The position numbers were made by a program, and so were the translations under genes. 64,000 nucleotides of DNA from an uncultured delta proteobacterium (lineage in GTDB: Bacteria; Desulfobacterota; Desulfobaccia; Desulfobaccales; 0-14-0-80-60-11). Positions 9,738 to 19,886 of the stretch are shown here, one piece after another; the first letter of the stretch is position 1; the number at the start of each line of letters is the position of its first letter. The notes beneath the pieces were generated by a model. The model searched no databases and had not been told where the DNA came from. It was given only the letters and a program-made list of their open reading frames with translations. The DNA lies in contig CAWETI010000002.1 of the NCBI GenBank assembly GCA_963812015.1, positions 384,001-448,000 of the forward strand. Direction: 5' to 3'.

Positions 9738-10277
9738 TCACCGCAGGTAGGGGCGCAGAAAGTCCATGCCTTTCTGGGGGGTGGCCTCCCCCTGGAATTT
9801 GAAGGGAATGGGGATAATACCTCCCATTACGGAAGCAAGGCGGAAGCTGCCGGCGATCTGGTAGTGAAACGGGCGTTGCTGTTGCTGCTTTTGCAGCATG
9901 GGGAGGAACTGGGGCAAGAGCCCCATGACTGCGGGCAGCTTCACCAAAATGGGGACCCTGGCCACCGTCTGGCCGCCGGCCGGCAGGTCCACCGCCTCTT
10001 CACTGGCCCCCTGGGCCACGGGCTGGCCTTCCAGTTGCAACTCATAATCGTAGCCCTTGAGGTTAAGGGGCTGGGCGTTGGGATTGGTCAGGAGGAGCGT
10101 CACGGCCAGGGGCCAGCCCCGGGAGGTGGGCTGGCCTACGGTAAGTCCCTGCCAGCTCACTTTCGGGGGCTGGATTTCCCCGGTGGTCAGTTGCCGGACT
10201 CCGCAGGCCGGAATGGTCGCCAGGAGCATCAGCCCCAGGAAAGTCGCGAGATAGGTTCGCCGAAGACGGGAGTGCAT
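9738..10277 (-). CDS. LEA type 2 (WHy domain) lipoprotein
   Basis: Lipobox-like IPAC; NPNAQPLNLKGYDYELQLEG motif. Confidence 0.75.
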   Translation of the reverse strand: MHSRLRRTYLATFLGLMLLATIPACGVRQLTTGEIQPPKVSWQGLTVGQPTSRGWPLAVTLLLTNPNAQPLNLKGYDYELQLEGQPVAQGASEEAVDLPAGGQTVARVPILVKLPAVMGLLPQFLPMLQKQQQQRPFHYQIAGSFRLASVMGGIIPIPFKFQGEATPQKGMDFLRPYLR

Positions 10278-10464
10278 CGCGGTGGATAACTCCTCTAAGC
10301 AACCGGGGCCATGCGCCTGTGGGCCTGACCCCATAAGTTACCTGAGGAGTATATCACATTGAGACTTCTGAAGAAGTGTCTTGCGGGAAGGGCCGGCAAT
10401 GTTTCCCCTGGACTTTTCGGCCCTTCCCCTTATGAGACGGGCGCTGGGATATAACCAAACGGTA

Positions 10465-10839
10465 TTATTTGCTTCTCGCAGCCGCTGCCATGGCCGGGGT
10501 GACGGCCGGGGCCCGGTTTGACCAGGCCTGCCGGATGTAGGTCACCACCGCCGCAATCTGCTGGTCGTTGAGCGTATCTTTCCAAGTCGGCATCTGCCCC
10601 AGAAGCCCTTTGCGACCTTTCAGGACGGTGGCGATCACCGCCTTGGGGTCACCCGCCACGAAAGGATTTTTATTCAAGGCCGGAAAGGTGGCGGGGAGCC
10701 CCTGGCCATTGCTGCGGTGGCACTGGGCGCAATTATCCTCAAAGACCGTCTTGCCTTGGCTGGCCAGGTCACCGGGTTCCTGGGCCCAGGCGCCTGAGAT
10801 CGCGAGCATCAGGCTCGCCAGGATGAGAAATGTCCTCAT
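10465..10839 (-). CDS. Monoheme class I cytochrome c
   Basis: Signal peptide, CAQCH, G.G....FPAL, MP (axial Met), YIRQAWSN. Overlaps the nrfA stop (ATGA). Confidence 0.9.
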   Translation of the reverse strand: MRTFLILASLMLAISGAWAQEPGDLASQGKTVFEDNCAQCHRSNGQGLPATFPALNKNPFVAGDPKAVIATVLKGRKGLLGQMPTWKDTLNDQQIAAVVTYIRQAWSNRAPAVTPAMAAAARSK

Positions 10840-12353
10840 TTTGCTGCCACCGGCAGCCCCAGGGAAGCCGGAGGAGTCAGCATATTCTGGATTCCGAAAG
10901 GATCCTTGAACTCCTCAGCAGGCTTGAAGTTCAGCTTCTTCACCCCCCGGTTCTGGAGGTATTTGGCCAGGTCAAGTTGCACGTCCACCGGCTCCGGCAC
11001 CCCCGCTTGGGCTAGCGCCTGGCGCAGCAGGGCGCTGCTCTTTTCCGCAAAGGCCACCGAGTCGCCGCAGATGCGGGAGGCTTCCACGGGGTTGTGGAAG
11101 CCCGCCGAATTTTCGGCGCCGATGAAATTCAACCGGTAAAAGGCTTCCAGGTACAGGTCTTTGGCCTGGTCGTACATACCCTTGTCAATATTCTTCCCGT
11201 CGGCCTGGGCCTTGTGCACCGCCTCAAAGAGCCTGGCCGCCACTGCGTTGGCGTAGCCCGCCCGGAGCAACAGCGAGGTAACACGATCCTGAATGGCCAG
11301 GACCCGGGCCTTCAGCCAGTCGGCGGACTCGGCGTGGCACTGCTGGCAGGCCACCATCCCCTGCCACAGGGGGCTGCCCACGTTGTGGTTGGAAATCTTG
11401 TTGACACCCACCCGGGTGTACTGCATGTGGCAGTCGGCGCAGGCCACGTTGGCGTTCCAGTGCGTGCTGTTCCTGCTATACAACTCAAACTCGGGATGAC
11501 GACAAAAGGCCAGCTTGAAACCGGTGACATTCTGCTTCCACTCCAGGAGGGCGGGATCGCTTTTGAGAATCTTGATGATGTTCTCGATGGAGATGTTCCC
11601 CATCTTGCTGCCTTTCCAGGGGAAAAAGACCCCCACGGACTTCATGTCCTTGTCTTTGGGGATGTTGTAGGTCACGTGGCATTGGGCGCACACCAGGCTC
11701 CGTTTTTCCTGGCGGCTGGCGGTGACCGGGTCGAAGTTCATGTCCTTGAGGGCATTATCCAGGGTCCACCGGGAAATCCTCAGGTCCATGGTCTTGTTGT
11801 CGTGGCAGTCGATGCACATCACCCCCATGCGCTGGTACTGGGCCGGGATCTTGGCGTGGACGTCCATGTAGGGGTCTTTGAAATAGTTGACCCCCATCTC
11901 CTTCATAAACTTGGGAGCAAAGGGGGTCTTGCAGGTGAGGCAGACGCCGCCGGCCTTGAGCCGGGAAGGGTCGATCTCCAGCTGATCGATGAGCATGTAA
12001 TAATGGCCCCGGATCTCGTTGTACTCGACGCCGAAGCCCCAGCCGTTGAAGAGCAAGGCCATGAACGGGTATTCGCTCAGTTTGTCGAATTTTTCGCCGC
12101 CGGTCCAACCCTTGCGGTATTTGCTCAACCCCGGAGGATTGGGGTCTTTGCTTTTGAGCCAGGAATCATACTCCAGGGGATAGGCCTGGCCCCACACCGC
12201 GGGGTCGTATTCGCCGTCGGGAATGCTCACCGTCTTCACCGGCTCGGACTTGGGCGGCGAGCACGTGCCCGCCAGGACTACCATGCCAGCCAGGATCACT
12301 ACCCAGATAGCCAAGCTAACGGCCTTCCGTTTCATAGCCTTTTCCATCCTCAT
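10836..12353 (-). CDS. nrfA: Ammonia-forming cytochrome c nitrite reductase, catalytic subunit
   Basis: CLTCK (Lys-ligated active-site heme) plus CIDCH, CAQCH, CADCH and CQQCH; AENSAGFHNP. Start at 12353 or 12335. Confidence 0.95.
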   Translation of the reverse strand: MRMEKAMKRKAVSLAIWVVILAGMVVLAGTCSPPKSEPVKTVSIPDGEYDPAVWGQAYPLEYDSWLKSKDPNPPGLSKYRKGWTGGEKFDKLSEYPFMALLFNGWGFGVEYNEIRGHYYMLIDQLEIDPSRLKAGGVCLTCKTPFAPKFMKEMGVNYFKDPYMDVHAKIPAQYQRMGVMCIDCHDNKTMDLRISRWTLDNALKDMNFDPVTASRQEKRSLVCAQCHVTYNIPKDKDMKSVGVFFPWKGSKMGNISIENIIKILKSDPALLEWKQNVTGFKLAFCRHPEFELYSRNSTHWNANVACADCHMQYTRVGVNKISNHNVGSPLWQGMVACQQCHAESADWLKARVLAIQDRVTSLLLRAGYANAVAARLFEAVHKAQADGKNIDKGMYDQAKDLYLEAFYRLNFIGAENSAGFHNPVEASRICGDSVAFAEKSSALLRQALAQAGVPEPVDVQLDLAKYLQNRGVKKLNFKPAEEFKDPFGIQNMLTPPASLGLPVAAK

Positions 12354-12355
12354 GC

Positions 12356-12823
12356 TTAGGGGTTTCGAGTCTCTATGGTGCCGGTAAGCTTGTGGGACAT
12401 GCGGCGATGGCAATCCCAACAGCGACGGTTTTCGTTGATCCGGGCCAGGAGTTCGGCATGGCAGCGGCGGCAATTAGCCTCCACCACCGCGGCGCCGCGC
12501 TCGGAGATGCGGATGGTTTCGGAGATGCGGCCCGTATGAAAAGCCAGGGTGTCCTGGACGCCTTCCACCGACTTCCAAAACAGGTGGTTCGCCAGATTGT
12601 TGTTAGGCAGGTGGCAATCAATGCACTTGATGTTTTGATGGGCGCCGGAGTGAAACCAGGACTCGTATTCCGGCTGCAACACGTGGCAACTGCCGCAGAA
12701 CTCCGGACTCTCGGATTTGGCATAGAGGCCTGGGGAGCCAAAGGCCACGTAGGCGCCGACAACCGCCATGGCCACCACGGCGGCCAGCACCGAGAGAAGG
12801 AATTTTTTTTGAGAAAGGGCCAT
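12356..12823 (-). CDS. nrfH: Tetraheme membrane-anchored quinol dehydrogenase NrfH (NapC/NirT family)
   Basis: N-terminal TM helix; CGSCH, CIDCH, CRRCH, CWDCH; upstream of nrfA. Confidence 0.93.
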   Translation of the reverse strand: MALSQKKFLLSVLAAVVAMAVVGAYVAFGSPGLYAKSESPEFCGSCHVLQPEYESWFHSGAHQNIKCIDCHLPNNNLANHLFWKSVEGVQDTLAFHTGRISETIRISERGAAVVEANCRRCHAELLARINENRRCWDCHRRMSHKLTGTIETRNP

Positions 12824-13134
12824 GAGAATTCCTTCAGTTGAGTCGGGAGAGCCGGACCGGCGGTTAGAGGCCTGAGACGCCTCTCCGGCCAGCCATCCAT
12901 GAATCGGTCAGCCGGGATATCCCTTATCGGGCCTGATGATCGGCCACGGAAGAAGATACCGGGAGACCCTCTCAGGTGGAAGCAGGATACTGCACCCCCC
13001 GCGTAAAGGCAAATATATTTTCAATTATGGGTACTATTGTGTAGGGAAAGTGCCGATGGGGGCTCTTTAAATAAACAGTATATTAAGATAGTTACCCAGA
13101 TAGACCGGGGCTGGTGGCATCCCCGGAGGCTGTT

Positions 13135-13161
13135 ATAGGGGCGGTTCGCGAACCGACCTAC
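13135..13161 (-). repeat. GTAG-type REP palindrome
   Basis: Reverse complement reads GTAGGTCGGTTCGCGAACCGCCCCTAT. Confidence 0.6.
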
Positions 13162-13216
13162 AAAAACCTCCCAAACATGGGGAAAAATTTTTGAAAGATA
13201 TACCTGGGACGCAACC

Positions 13217-14473
13217 CTAGTCGCCCACTTCCTCCCCAAACCACAGGGGCAGGCCATCGGCCACCACCAGGCCCTGGGCGGTGGCTCGGACCCGGCCCGC
13301 CTCTAGCCGTACCAGCCCCGCGTGGGTAAGCTCGGCAACGATGGCCTCTCCCTGGGGGTGGGCCCGGATGGTCTCGAGACTGACCCCCGCTTGGGTCCGG
13401 AACCCCAGGTAGAGGGCCTCCAGCCAGAGTTGGGCCGGGGTGAGGCTTTCGGCCCCCGCCACCGGGACCCCACCCCCCTTCAGGGAGGCGCAATAGGCCT
13501 CCACGGACGAAACATTCCACCAGCGGCGCCCGCCCTGAAAGGAGTGGGCCGCCGGGCCCAGCCCCAGGTAAGGGACGTGGGTCCAGTACTTCAGGTTGTG
13601 GCGGCACCGATACTCTTGCCCCCGGGCGAAATTGGCGACTTCGTAGTGGAGATACCCTTGCGCTTTAAGGAATTGTCCGGTGAGCAGGAAAAACTCCCGC
13701 TGGGTTTCTTCGTCCGGAAGTAGCACCTGGCCCGCGGCCACCCTTTGCTCCAGGGGGGTGGCATCGGCCACGGTGAGCTGGTAACAGGAGAGGTGTTCGG
13801 GGTTGAAGCGTAAGGCCGTTTTCAGGGTGTTAATCCAGGCGTCGGGTCTCTGACCCGGCAGCCCGTAGATCAGGTCCAACCCCAGGTTGGTGAACCCCGC
13901 GGCCCGGATCAGCTCTATGCCTGCCTCGGTCTGGCGGGCGGTGTGGCGGCGCTGCAGGAAGATAAGCTCCGCCTCGTCGAAGGACTGGACTCCGAGGCTC
14001 AGGCGGTTGATGCCCAGGTCTTGTAAGAGCGCTAGCTTGTCGGCGGTGAGGTCGTCCGGGTTGGCTTCGATGGTGACCTCGGAGTCCGGGGCAAAGGGGA
14101 AATGCCGCCGCAGGTTTTTCATCAGGTCGGCAAGGTGCGCCTCACCGAGCCACGAGGGGGTGCCGCCCCCCAGAAAGAGGGAGTCGAAGGCAGAGAATTG
14201 GTCCCGGTAGAGCCGGGCTTCGGCGTCCAGGGCCACCAGAAAATCCGGAATCTGGCTCGTCGCATTAATTGAGTAAAAATCGCAGTAGGGGCACTTTGTT
14301 TTGCAGAAGGGAATGTGGATATAGAGGCCGGGCTGACTGGGGACAGGGGCGAGGGGTTTTTTCGTATGTGGCCCCTCCCCCAACCTCTGACAGGGGGTTG
14401 GGAGGGGTCTGAGGGGAGGGCGGGGGAGTTGCCCTCCCCCGGCCCTCCCCTCAAAAATATCAAAATCACTCAT
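13217..14473 (-). CDS. hemW: Radical SAM heme chaperone HemW / HemN-like
   Basis: LYIHIPFCKTKCPYCDF (CX3CX2C), GGGTPS, NRLSLGVQSF, YEVANFA..HNLKYW. Follows lepA. Start uncertain. Confidence 0.88.
   Translation of the reverse strand: MSDFDIFEGRAGGGQLPRPPLRPLPTPCQRLGEGPHTKKPLAPVPSQPGLYIHIPFCKTKCPYCDFYSINATSQIPDFLVALDAEARLYRDQFSAFDSLFLGGGTPSWLGEAHLADLMKNLRRHFPFAPDSEVTIEANPDDLTADKLALLQDLGINRLSLGVQSFDEAELIFLQRRHTARQTEAGIELIRAAGFTNLGLDLIYGLPGQRPDAWINTLKTALRFNPEHLSCYQLTVADATPLEQRVAAGQVLLPDEETQREFFLLTGQFLKAQGYLHYEVANFARGQEYRCRHNLKYWTHVPYLGLGPAAHSFQGGRRWWNVSSVEAYCASLKGGGVPVAGAESLTPAQLWLEALYLGFRTQAGVSLETIRAHPQGEAIVAELTHAGLVRLEAGRVRATAQGLVVADGLPLWFGEEVGD
14372..14453. repeat. Double G/C-run hairpin repeat inside the 5' end of the hemW frame
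   Basis: CCCCTCCCCCAACCTCT-GAC-AGGGGGTTGGGAGGGG, then TGAGGGGAGGGC...GCCCTCCCCTCA. Confidence 0.7.
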
Positions 14474-16262
14474 TTTCCGTCTTGAGCACCGCCACGAAGG
14501 CGCTCTGGGGGATTTGGACCGCGCCCACCATCTTCATGCGCTTCTTGCCGGCCCGCTGTTTTTCCAGGAGTTTGCGTTTCCGGGTGATGTCGCCGCCGTA
14601 GCACTTGGCGGTGACGTCCTTCCGGAAGGCCGAGATGGTGGAGCGGGAGATGATCTGGCCCCCCACGGCCCCCTGGATGGCGATCTTGAACTGCTGCCGG
14701 GGAATTTCGTCCTTGAGGCGGTCGCACACCCTGACCCCCCATTCCCGGACCCGGTCCCGGTGGACGATCATGGAAAGGGCGTCCAGCTTCTCGCCGTTCA
14801 CCAGGATATCCAGCTTCAGCAGATTGGTCTCCCGGTAGTCCAGCAGTTCGTAATCGAAGGAGCCGTAGCCCTGGGTGATGGTCTTGAGGCGGTCGTAGAA
14901 GTCGATGATGACTTCGGCCAGGGGCATGTCGAAGTTGATCTCCACCCGGCCCGGGGAGGGGTAGTTGAAGCGGGAGTTGCTCCCCCGGCGCTCCAGGCAG
15001 AGCTTCATCATCGCGCCCACGAAGCGTTCGGGGATGAGGATGGAGGTCCGGATAAACGGCTCCTCCTCAAGCTTGATGCTGCTGGGGTCGGGGTAGTATA
15101 GGGGATTGTCTACGGTGATGACGTGGCCGTCCATGAGGGTGAAGCGGTACCGGACCCCGGGCACGGTCATAATGATGGACTGGTTGTACTCCCGTTCCAG
15201 GCGCTCCTGGACGATCTCCAGGTGCAGCAGCCCCAGGAAGCCGCAGCGGAAGCCCTGGCCCAGGGCGGCGGAGGAGTCCTTCTGGTAGACCAGGGAGGCG
15301 TCGTTGAGCTTAAACTTTTCCAGGGCGTCGGCCAGGTCCTGGTAATCGTCGTTCCCCACCGGGTAGATGGAGGCGAAAACTACGGGCTTCACTTCCTTGA
15401 AGCCGGGCAACGGCCCGGCCGCGGGATTGGCCTCCAGGGTGACGGTATCGCCGATGCGGGTGTCGCTCACCGTCTTGATGCCGGCGATGAGATAGCCCAC
15501 CATGCCGGCGGAGAGCTCTTTCCGGGGCTCGCGGGTCAGCCGGAAGATGCCGGTCTCCTCCACCTTGTGGGTGGTCTTGTTATACATCAAGCGGATGATG
15601 TCCCCGGGCTTGACCGCGCCGTCGAAGACCCGGCAGGAGACCACGGTCCCCCGGAAGGAGTCGTAATGGGCGTCGAAGATGAGGGCCGAAAGGGGTTGGG
15701 CCGGGCTGCCGGTGGGCGGCGGGATCCGGGTGACGATGGCCTCCAGGACCTCGTCGATGCCGATGCCTTCCTTGGCGGAACACAGGATGACGTGGTCTGC
15801 ATCCAGGCCCAGCTCCCGTTCGATCTGCTCCTTGACCCCCGGAATATCAGCGGCGGGCAGGTCGATCTTGTTGATCACCGGGATGATGGTGAGGTCGTGC
15901 TCCATGGCCAGATAGAGGTTGGCCACGGTCTGGGCCTCCACCCCCTGGGAGGCGTCCACCAACAGCAGCACCCCCTCGCAGGAAGCCAGGGCCCGGGAGA
16001 CCTCGTAGGAGAAATCCACGTGGCCCGGGGTGTCGATGAGGTTGAGTTCGTATTCGACGCCGTCGGCGGCGGTGTAGGGCAGGGAAATGGTGTTGCTCTT
16101 GATGGTGATGCCCCGCTCCCGTTCCAGGTCCATGGTGTCCAGGATCTGGTCCCGAAACTGGCGGTCCTCCACCATGCCGGTCCACTGGATGAGGCGGTCC
16201 GCCAGGGTGGACTTGCCGTGGTCGATATGGGCGATGATGCTAAAATTGCGGATGTTGGACAT
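14466..16262 (-). CDS. lepA: Translation elongation factor 4
   Basis: IRNFSIIAHIDHGKSTLADR, DTPGHVDFSYEVSRAL, C-terminal KCYGGDITRKRKLLEKQ. Confidence 0.98.
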   Translation of the reverse strand: MSNIRNFSIIAHIDHGKSTLADRLIQWTGMVEDRQFRDQILDTMDLERERGITIKSNTISLPYTAADGVEYELNLIDTPGHVDFSYEVSRALASCEGVLLLVDASQGVEAQTVANLYLAMEHDLTIIPVINKIDLPAADIPGVKEQIERELGLDADHVILCSAKEGIGIDEVLEAIVTRIPPPTGSPAQPLSALIFDAHYDSFRGTVVSCRVFDGAVKPGDIIRLMYNKTTHKVEETGIFRLTREPRKELSAGMVGYLIAGIKTVSDTRIGDTVTLEANPAAGPLPGFKEVKPVVFASIYPVGNDDYQDLADALEKFKLNDASLVYQKDSSAALGQGFRCGFLGLLHLEIVQERLEREYNQSIIMTVPGVRYRFTLMDGHVITVDNPLYYPDPSSIKLEEEPFIRTSILIPERFVGAMMKLCLERRGSNSRFNYPSPGRVEINFDMPLAEVIIDFYDRLKTITQGYGSFDYELLDYRETNLLKLDILVNGEKLDALSMIVHRDRVREWGVRVCDRLKDEIPRQQFKIAIQGAVGGQIISRSTISAFRKDVTAKCYGGDITRKRKLLEKQRAGKKRMKMVGAVQIPQSAFVAVLKTENE

Positions 16263-16566
16263 AAATTTTTTTAGAACATTGGTTTCTCAAGGATATAGCT
16301 TCAATGGTAATTTTTTATTATACTACGACTGCTTCCTGGCGTCTACCTTTAGATTGCCGCGGCTCACCGGCAGCCCCGGTTAGAGGATCGGGTTATGGAC
16401 TTCTCCCGCCTGAGTATGGCGCCGGTAAGGGCGGATAGGCGGGGTTGCCCCTAAAGCTATGGTCGGAAGGGGCGAAGCTCGGCCCCAGGCGCATTGACAC
16501 CGGGGCCGGGCCAGAGTATAAAGAAATGAAGGGGTTATCTTGCTGAAGGGGTGAAACGGAGGGCTC

Positions 16567-16911
16567 ATGTTCAAGGATCTGCTCAAACGGTCGGTTACCG
16601 GGATTTTGGTGGGGGCCGGGGTGGTGCTCCTGGCGCCCATCGTGCTGCCGGCGGCGGCCCGGGCTGCCCGCCCCCTGGCGAAAGCCGCCCTCCACGGTTA
16701 TTTTGACCTGATGGACTGGCTGAAGTCCCTGACGGCGGACGACGAGAAAAAAATCACCCCCGTGGTGGGTCATCTGCTGACCGCCGGAGTGGAGGAAGTC
16801 GCGACCGCCGGGGTTGAGGAGGCCGTGGCCGCCGCCAGTGAGGGGGCGGTGGAAGAAGGGGTGACCGAAGCCATCGTGGCGGGCGTGACCAGCGCCCTGG
16901 AAGGGGTGTAA
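16567..16911 (+). CDS. DUF5132-like small protein
   Basis: GAGVVLLAPIVLPAAARAARPLAKAAL motif; acidic Ala/Glu/Val-rich tail. Confidence 0.6.
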   Translation: MFKDLLKRSVTGILVGAGVVLLAPIVLPAAARAARPLAKAALHGYFDLMDWLKSLTADDEKKITPVVGHLLTAGVEEVATAGVEEAVAAASEGAVEEGVTEAIVAGVTSALEGV

Positions 16912-17018
16912 TTCCGGGGGCAGGGCCGGGAGCGGTTACGCTTTTTCTTGATTTCCTTGGGGGGATGCCCCGCCCTCAAACCTAACCGGCCGCCCCGCCC
17001 CTAGCCGGGGCCGGAGGC

Positions 17019-17564
17019 TCACCGGGGCGGCGGGGCCGGTTGCCGCTCCTGGGGTTCGTCGGTCCGCTCGAGACCTTCCAAAATGGCGCTCACAAACTTG
17101 TGGGCGTACGCCACGTAGTCGCCTTCCACCACGTAGCTATACCTGATGTAACTTTCGGGGAAATTCACCCGGACATTCTTGATGATGAGATAGATGTTGG
17201 GGTTGATGCCGCTCCGGCCGGGGTACTGGTAGTAGAGGTTGGGGACCTGGCGGGCGATGATGACCAGGCCGCTTTCATCCAGGATGGTCAGCTTCGGGTA
17301 AATCTTGATCCCGGGGTCAGGTGCTTCGATGACCGCGCCTTTGGCAATAAGGCCGCACTTGTCCCGGTTGAGCTTTTGGAGGGTGGCGTCGATCTTGGCC
17401 AGGATCTTCTCTTTTTCCGGGATGGGGATCTTCTGGTACTGATAAAAATAGCTGGTGGGGAAATTTTTGGCCTTGACCGAGGCTTCTTCGGCCCGGAGGG
17501 GGATGACCCCAAAGATGAGGCCTGGAAAGAGGAGCGCCAGGGAGAGTAGGATTCTTATGGGCAT
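17019..17564 (-). CDS. Hypothetical secreted protein
   Basis: Signal peptide MPIRILLSLALLFPGLIFGVIPLRA; codon usage looks coding. Confidence 0.6.
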   Translation of the reverse strand: MPIRILLSLALLFPGLIFGVIPLRAEEASVKAKNFPTSYFYQYQKIPIPEKEKILAKIDATLQKLNRDKCGLIAKGAVIEAPDPGIKIYPKLTILDESGLVIIARQVPNLYYQYPGRSGINPNIYLIIKNVRVNFPESYIRYSYVVEGDYVAYAHKFVSAILEGLERTDEPQERQPAPPPR

Positions 17565-17586
17565 GGGGGCGGCTTGGGGCCGGGCT

Positions 17587-17895
17587 TTACTCAAACCTGA
17601 CCGCCTCGTCGGGGAGTTCGATCTCGGCGGGGAACTCGGAGAATGGAAAGGGACGCTGGTTTTCATTGAGGGTCAGGTAGCGCATGAGCCGGTAGCCATA
17701 GGTGGCCACCTGGTTGGCGAAGGTTCTGGCGGCCTCATTGTGCCGCAACGTGACCAACAGGAAGAAATATTCAAACACGGTGATCAGCAGGATGATGGTT
17801 TTTACCACCTCAAAGATGGCCACATAGAGGAGAGTGTAGAGCAAACGAATCGCCACCTGTTTGCGGGACGGGATAATCTGGATGTCGTCGGGCAT
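17587..17895 (-). CDS. DUF4389 domain membrane protein
   Basis: RLLYTLLY...Y.YRLMRYLTLNENQRPFPFSEFP; ATG after GGAGGAG. Confidence 0.8.
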   Translation of the reverse strand: MPDDIQIIPSRKQVAIRLLYTLLYVAIFEVVKTIILLITVFEYFFLLVTLRHNEAARTFANQVATYGYRLMRYLTLNENQRPFPFSEFPAEIELPDEAVRFE

Positions 17896-18160
17896 GGCTC
17901 CTCCGGCGCTGACGTTACGCCATGGTAATGGTGAGCACTGGGCTCCGCAAAGTATTTTTTTAGTATATGAACGGACCCCTGGTTTGGCAAGGCCATAGCC
18001 GGGGCCGATGCCCGGTCGCCCCGGGTGCGCAGGTCTTGGGGGCAGCAAGGGGAAATCTTTGGCGTCCCGGGGTTAATTATGGTATTTCTGAGCCGGATGG
18101 GAAGCGCATCCCCGGGGTTCCTTGCGGAACCTGAGGCACTAAGCGGAGGTATCGGTAAAA

Positions 18161-18535
18161 GTGCATGAATATTCACTCATGGAGCAGGTGATCGCCCATA
18201 TCCTGGCAGAACTCAAAAAGCAGGAAGGCCCGCCCCCCGGCAGCTCACTGGAGGTGGCCCTGAAAGTGGGGGCCCTGGCGGTGCACTCCGAGGCCGCCAC
18301 CCGGCAGGCCTACCAGGTTTTGGTCAAAGGGACGCCCCTGGAGAATTCCCGGCTGGACCTGAGGATTGAACCGGTGACCTTGACCTGCGCAAGCTGCAGC
18401 TACCAGGGACCTTTGCCGATGGACGCCGTCGATCCCCACGACCAGTCCCCCCTGGTGGAGTGCCCCCGGTGTGGGGCCGTGTGCCCGGTGCAGGGAGGCC
18501 GCGGGGTGGAGTCCATCGAACTCAGGTGGGAATAA
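18161..18535 (+). CDS. hypA: Hydrogenase maturation nickel metallochaperone
   Basis: N-terminal MHE, two CxxC motifs (CASC, CPRC), GGRGVESIE. Confidence 0.85.
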   Translation: MHEYSLMEQVIAHILAELKKQEGPPPGSSLEVALKVGALAVHSEAATRQAYQVLVKGTPLENSRLDLRIEPVTLTCASCSYQGPLPMDAVDPHDQSPLVECPRCGAVCPVQGGRGVESIELRWE

Positions 18536-18654
18536 GGCCTTAAGGCTGGAAGGCGCCCGCCGACCCTCTCCCCTCTATCAAGGGCCGGGGTTGAGAGGCC
18601 AGCCGAGGTTGCCCGGGCCAAGAGAGGGCGGCCCCGAAAGACCGCGGCGACGGC

Positions 18655-19155
18655 TCAACCCGATCCCTCCTCCCGGATGGCCGCCAGGAGGCGCTCACAG
18701 GCGGGGTCGATGGCGCTCAGCATGGCCGCAGACAAACCCGGCTTCACCTCGTCGGGGATGGCCTCAACCTGGGCCACAAGGATCTTGATGTCGATCCGGC
18801 TGTGCTCCTTGAGCTCCTGGAGCATATTGACCGTGGGAAATTGGTGCAGGGAAAAGTCGGAGGTCTTTTTGTCCGGGATGCCTTCCACCGGGATTTCGAA
18901 GACCTCACCCGGCTTCCGGTCAGGATATTCCACCGCGTCGACGATGAAAATCTTCTTGGGCTTCTTTTCACTCAAAACCAGGTCGAAAAGAATATCCCGG
19001 ATGCTGGTCCCCACATCCATCGCCAGGACGTCGTCTGACAGGTGGTAGCGTTCTTGCAAAGCCTGAATGACGGCGGGCCCAAACCCGTCATCGCCCCACA
19101 GGATGTTGCCGCAGCCAAAGATCAAGACAGGTTTCTCGAACAATTCTGATAGCAT
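18655..19155 (-). CDS. Hydrogenase maturation protease
   Basis: GCGNILWGDDGFG, IVDAV, FSLHQ. Confidence 0.9.
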   Translation of the reverse strand: MLSELFEKPVLIFGCGNILWGDDGFGPAVIQALQERYHLSDDVLAMDVGTSIRDILFDLVLSEKKPKKIFIVDAVEYPDRKPGEVFEIPVEGIPDKKTSDFSLHQFPTVNMLQELKEHSRIDIKILVAQVEAIPDEVKPGLSAAMLSAIDPACERLLAAIREEGSG

Positions 19156-19242
19156 AAATTTTTACACTCCTGGGCCAAGCCCACCGCTAGAGGCCGTGAT
19201 CCTCACGGTGGCGTGGGGGACCCTTAAGGATTAAGGATTATT

Positions 19243-19785
19243 TTACCGATTTGACCAGCCGAGAGTCTTATACTTGATGGCCACGGCTTGCGTGTTTGCA
19301 GATGGGGCCAAGCCGGGGAGCCCTGGATTCAGCCCCGGCTGACAGATGATGATGGCATCGGCGCCAATCTCCCGGGCTTTACTCTGCAAGCCTGCCATCA
19401 CCGCGTCCGGGGTGGCGTTCGCCCCAGATGCACATTCCAGCACCGCAAAGGATTTATAGGGCACAGCGGGCGGTTGCTTCAGGACATCCACCTTGAGGGT
19501 GGGTGGATATTGAACGCCGGCCAAATGGGCATAGGCGGACAGGTCGGCGGAACCGGGGGAGAGACAGAGGGCGCCTAACATATCCGCTTCGTGGCCAGCC
19601 ACAAAAAAAGTTTTAACCTCTGGGGCTGGAGACTTCAAACTGTATTCGGCACACCCGGAGAAAACCATGCCGGCCGTGGCCAGGAACAAAAAAAGCCTCA
19701 GGGCATACGCGAGGTCAGGGGAGAAATTTTTCGGTGAGGCCCAATTCATAAACGCGGCTTGAGAAGCATCCTTCCGGCTCGACAT
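19243..19785 (-). CDS. Hypothetical lipoprotein
   Basis: Lipobox FSGC; C-terminal KAREIGADAII motif. Start uncertain. Confidence 0.55.
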   Translation of the reverse strand: MSSRKDASQAAFMNWASPKNFSPDLAYALRLFLFLATAGMVFSGCAEYSLKSPAPEVKTFFVAGHEADMLGALCLSPGSADLSAYAHLAGVQYPPTLKVDVLKQPPAVPYKSFAVLECASGANATPDAVMAGLQSKAREIGADAIIICQPGLNPGLPGLAPSANTQAVAIKYKTLGWSNR

Positions 19786-19886
19786 GACGCCCTTGATAAT
19801 AGTACAGCAAGGCGAGAAAGGGAAATGGAAACTTTTTGCGGCCAAGAGTTTCAGGATAGGAGAACCGCGGCCAACGTCCCGGTGGC

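Noticed and set aside
18161..19155. hypA and maturation protease as a hydrogenase operon
   Set aside because: The genes are convergent and no hydrogenase structural genes are present; ordinary dispersed maturation genes.
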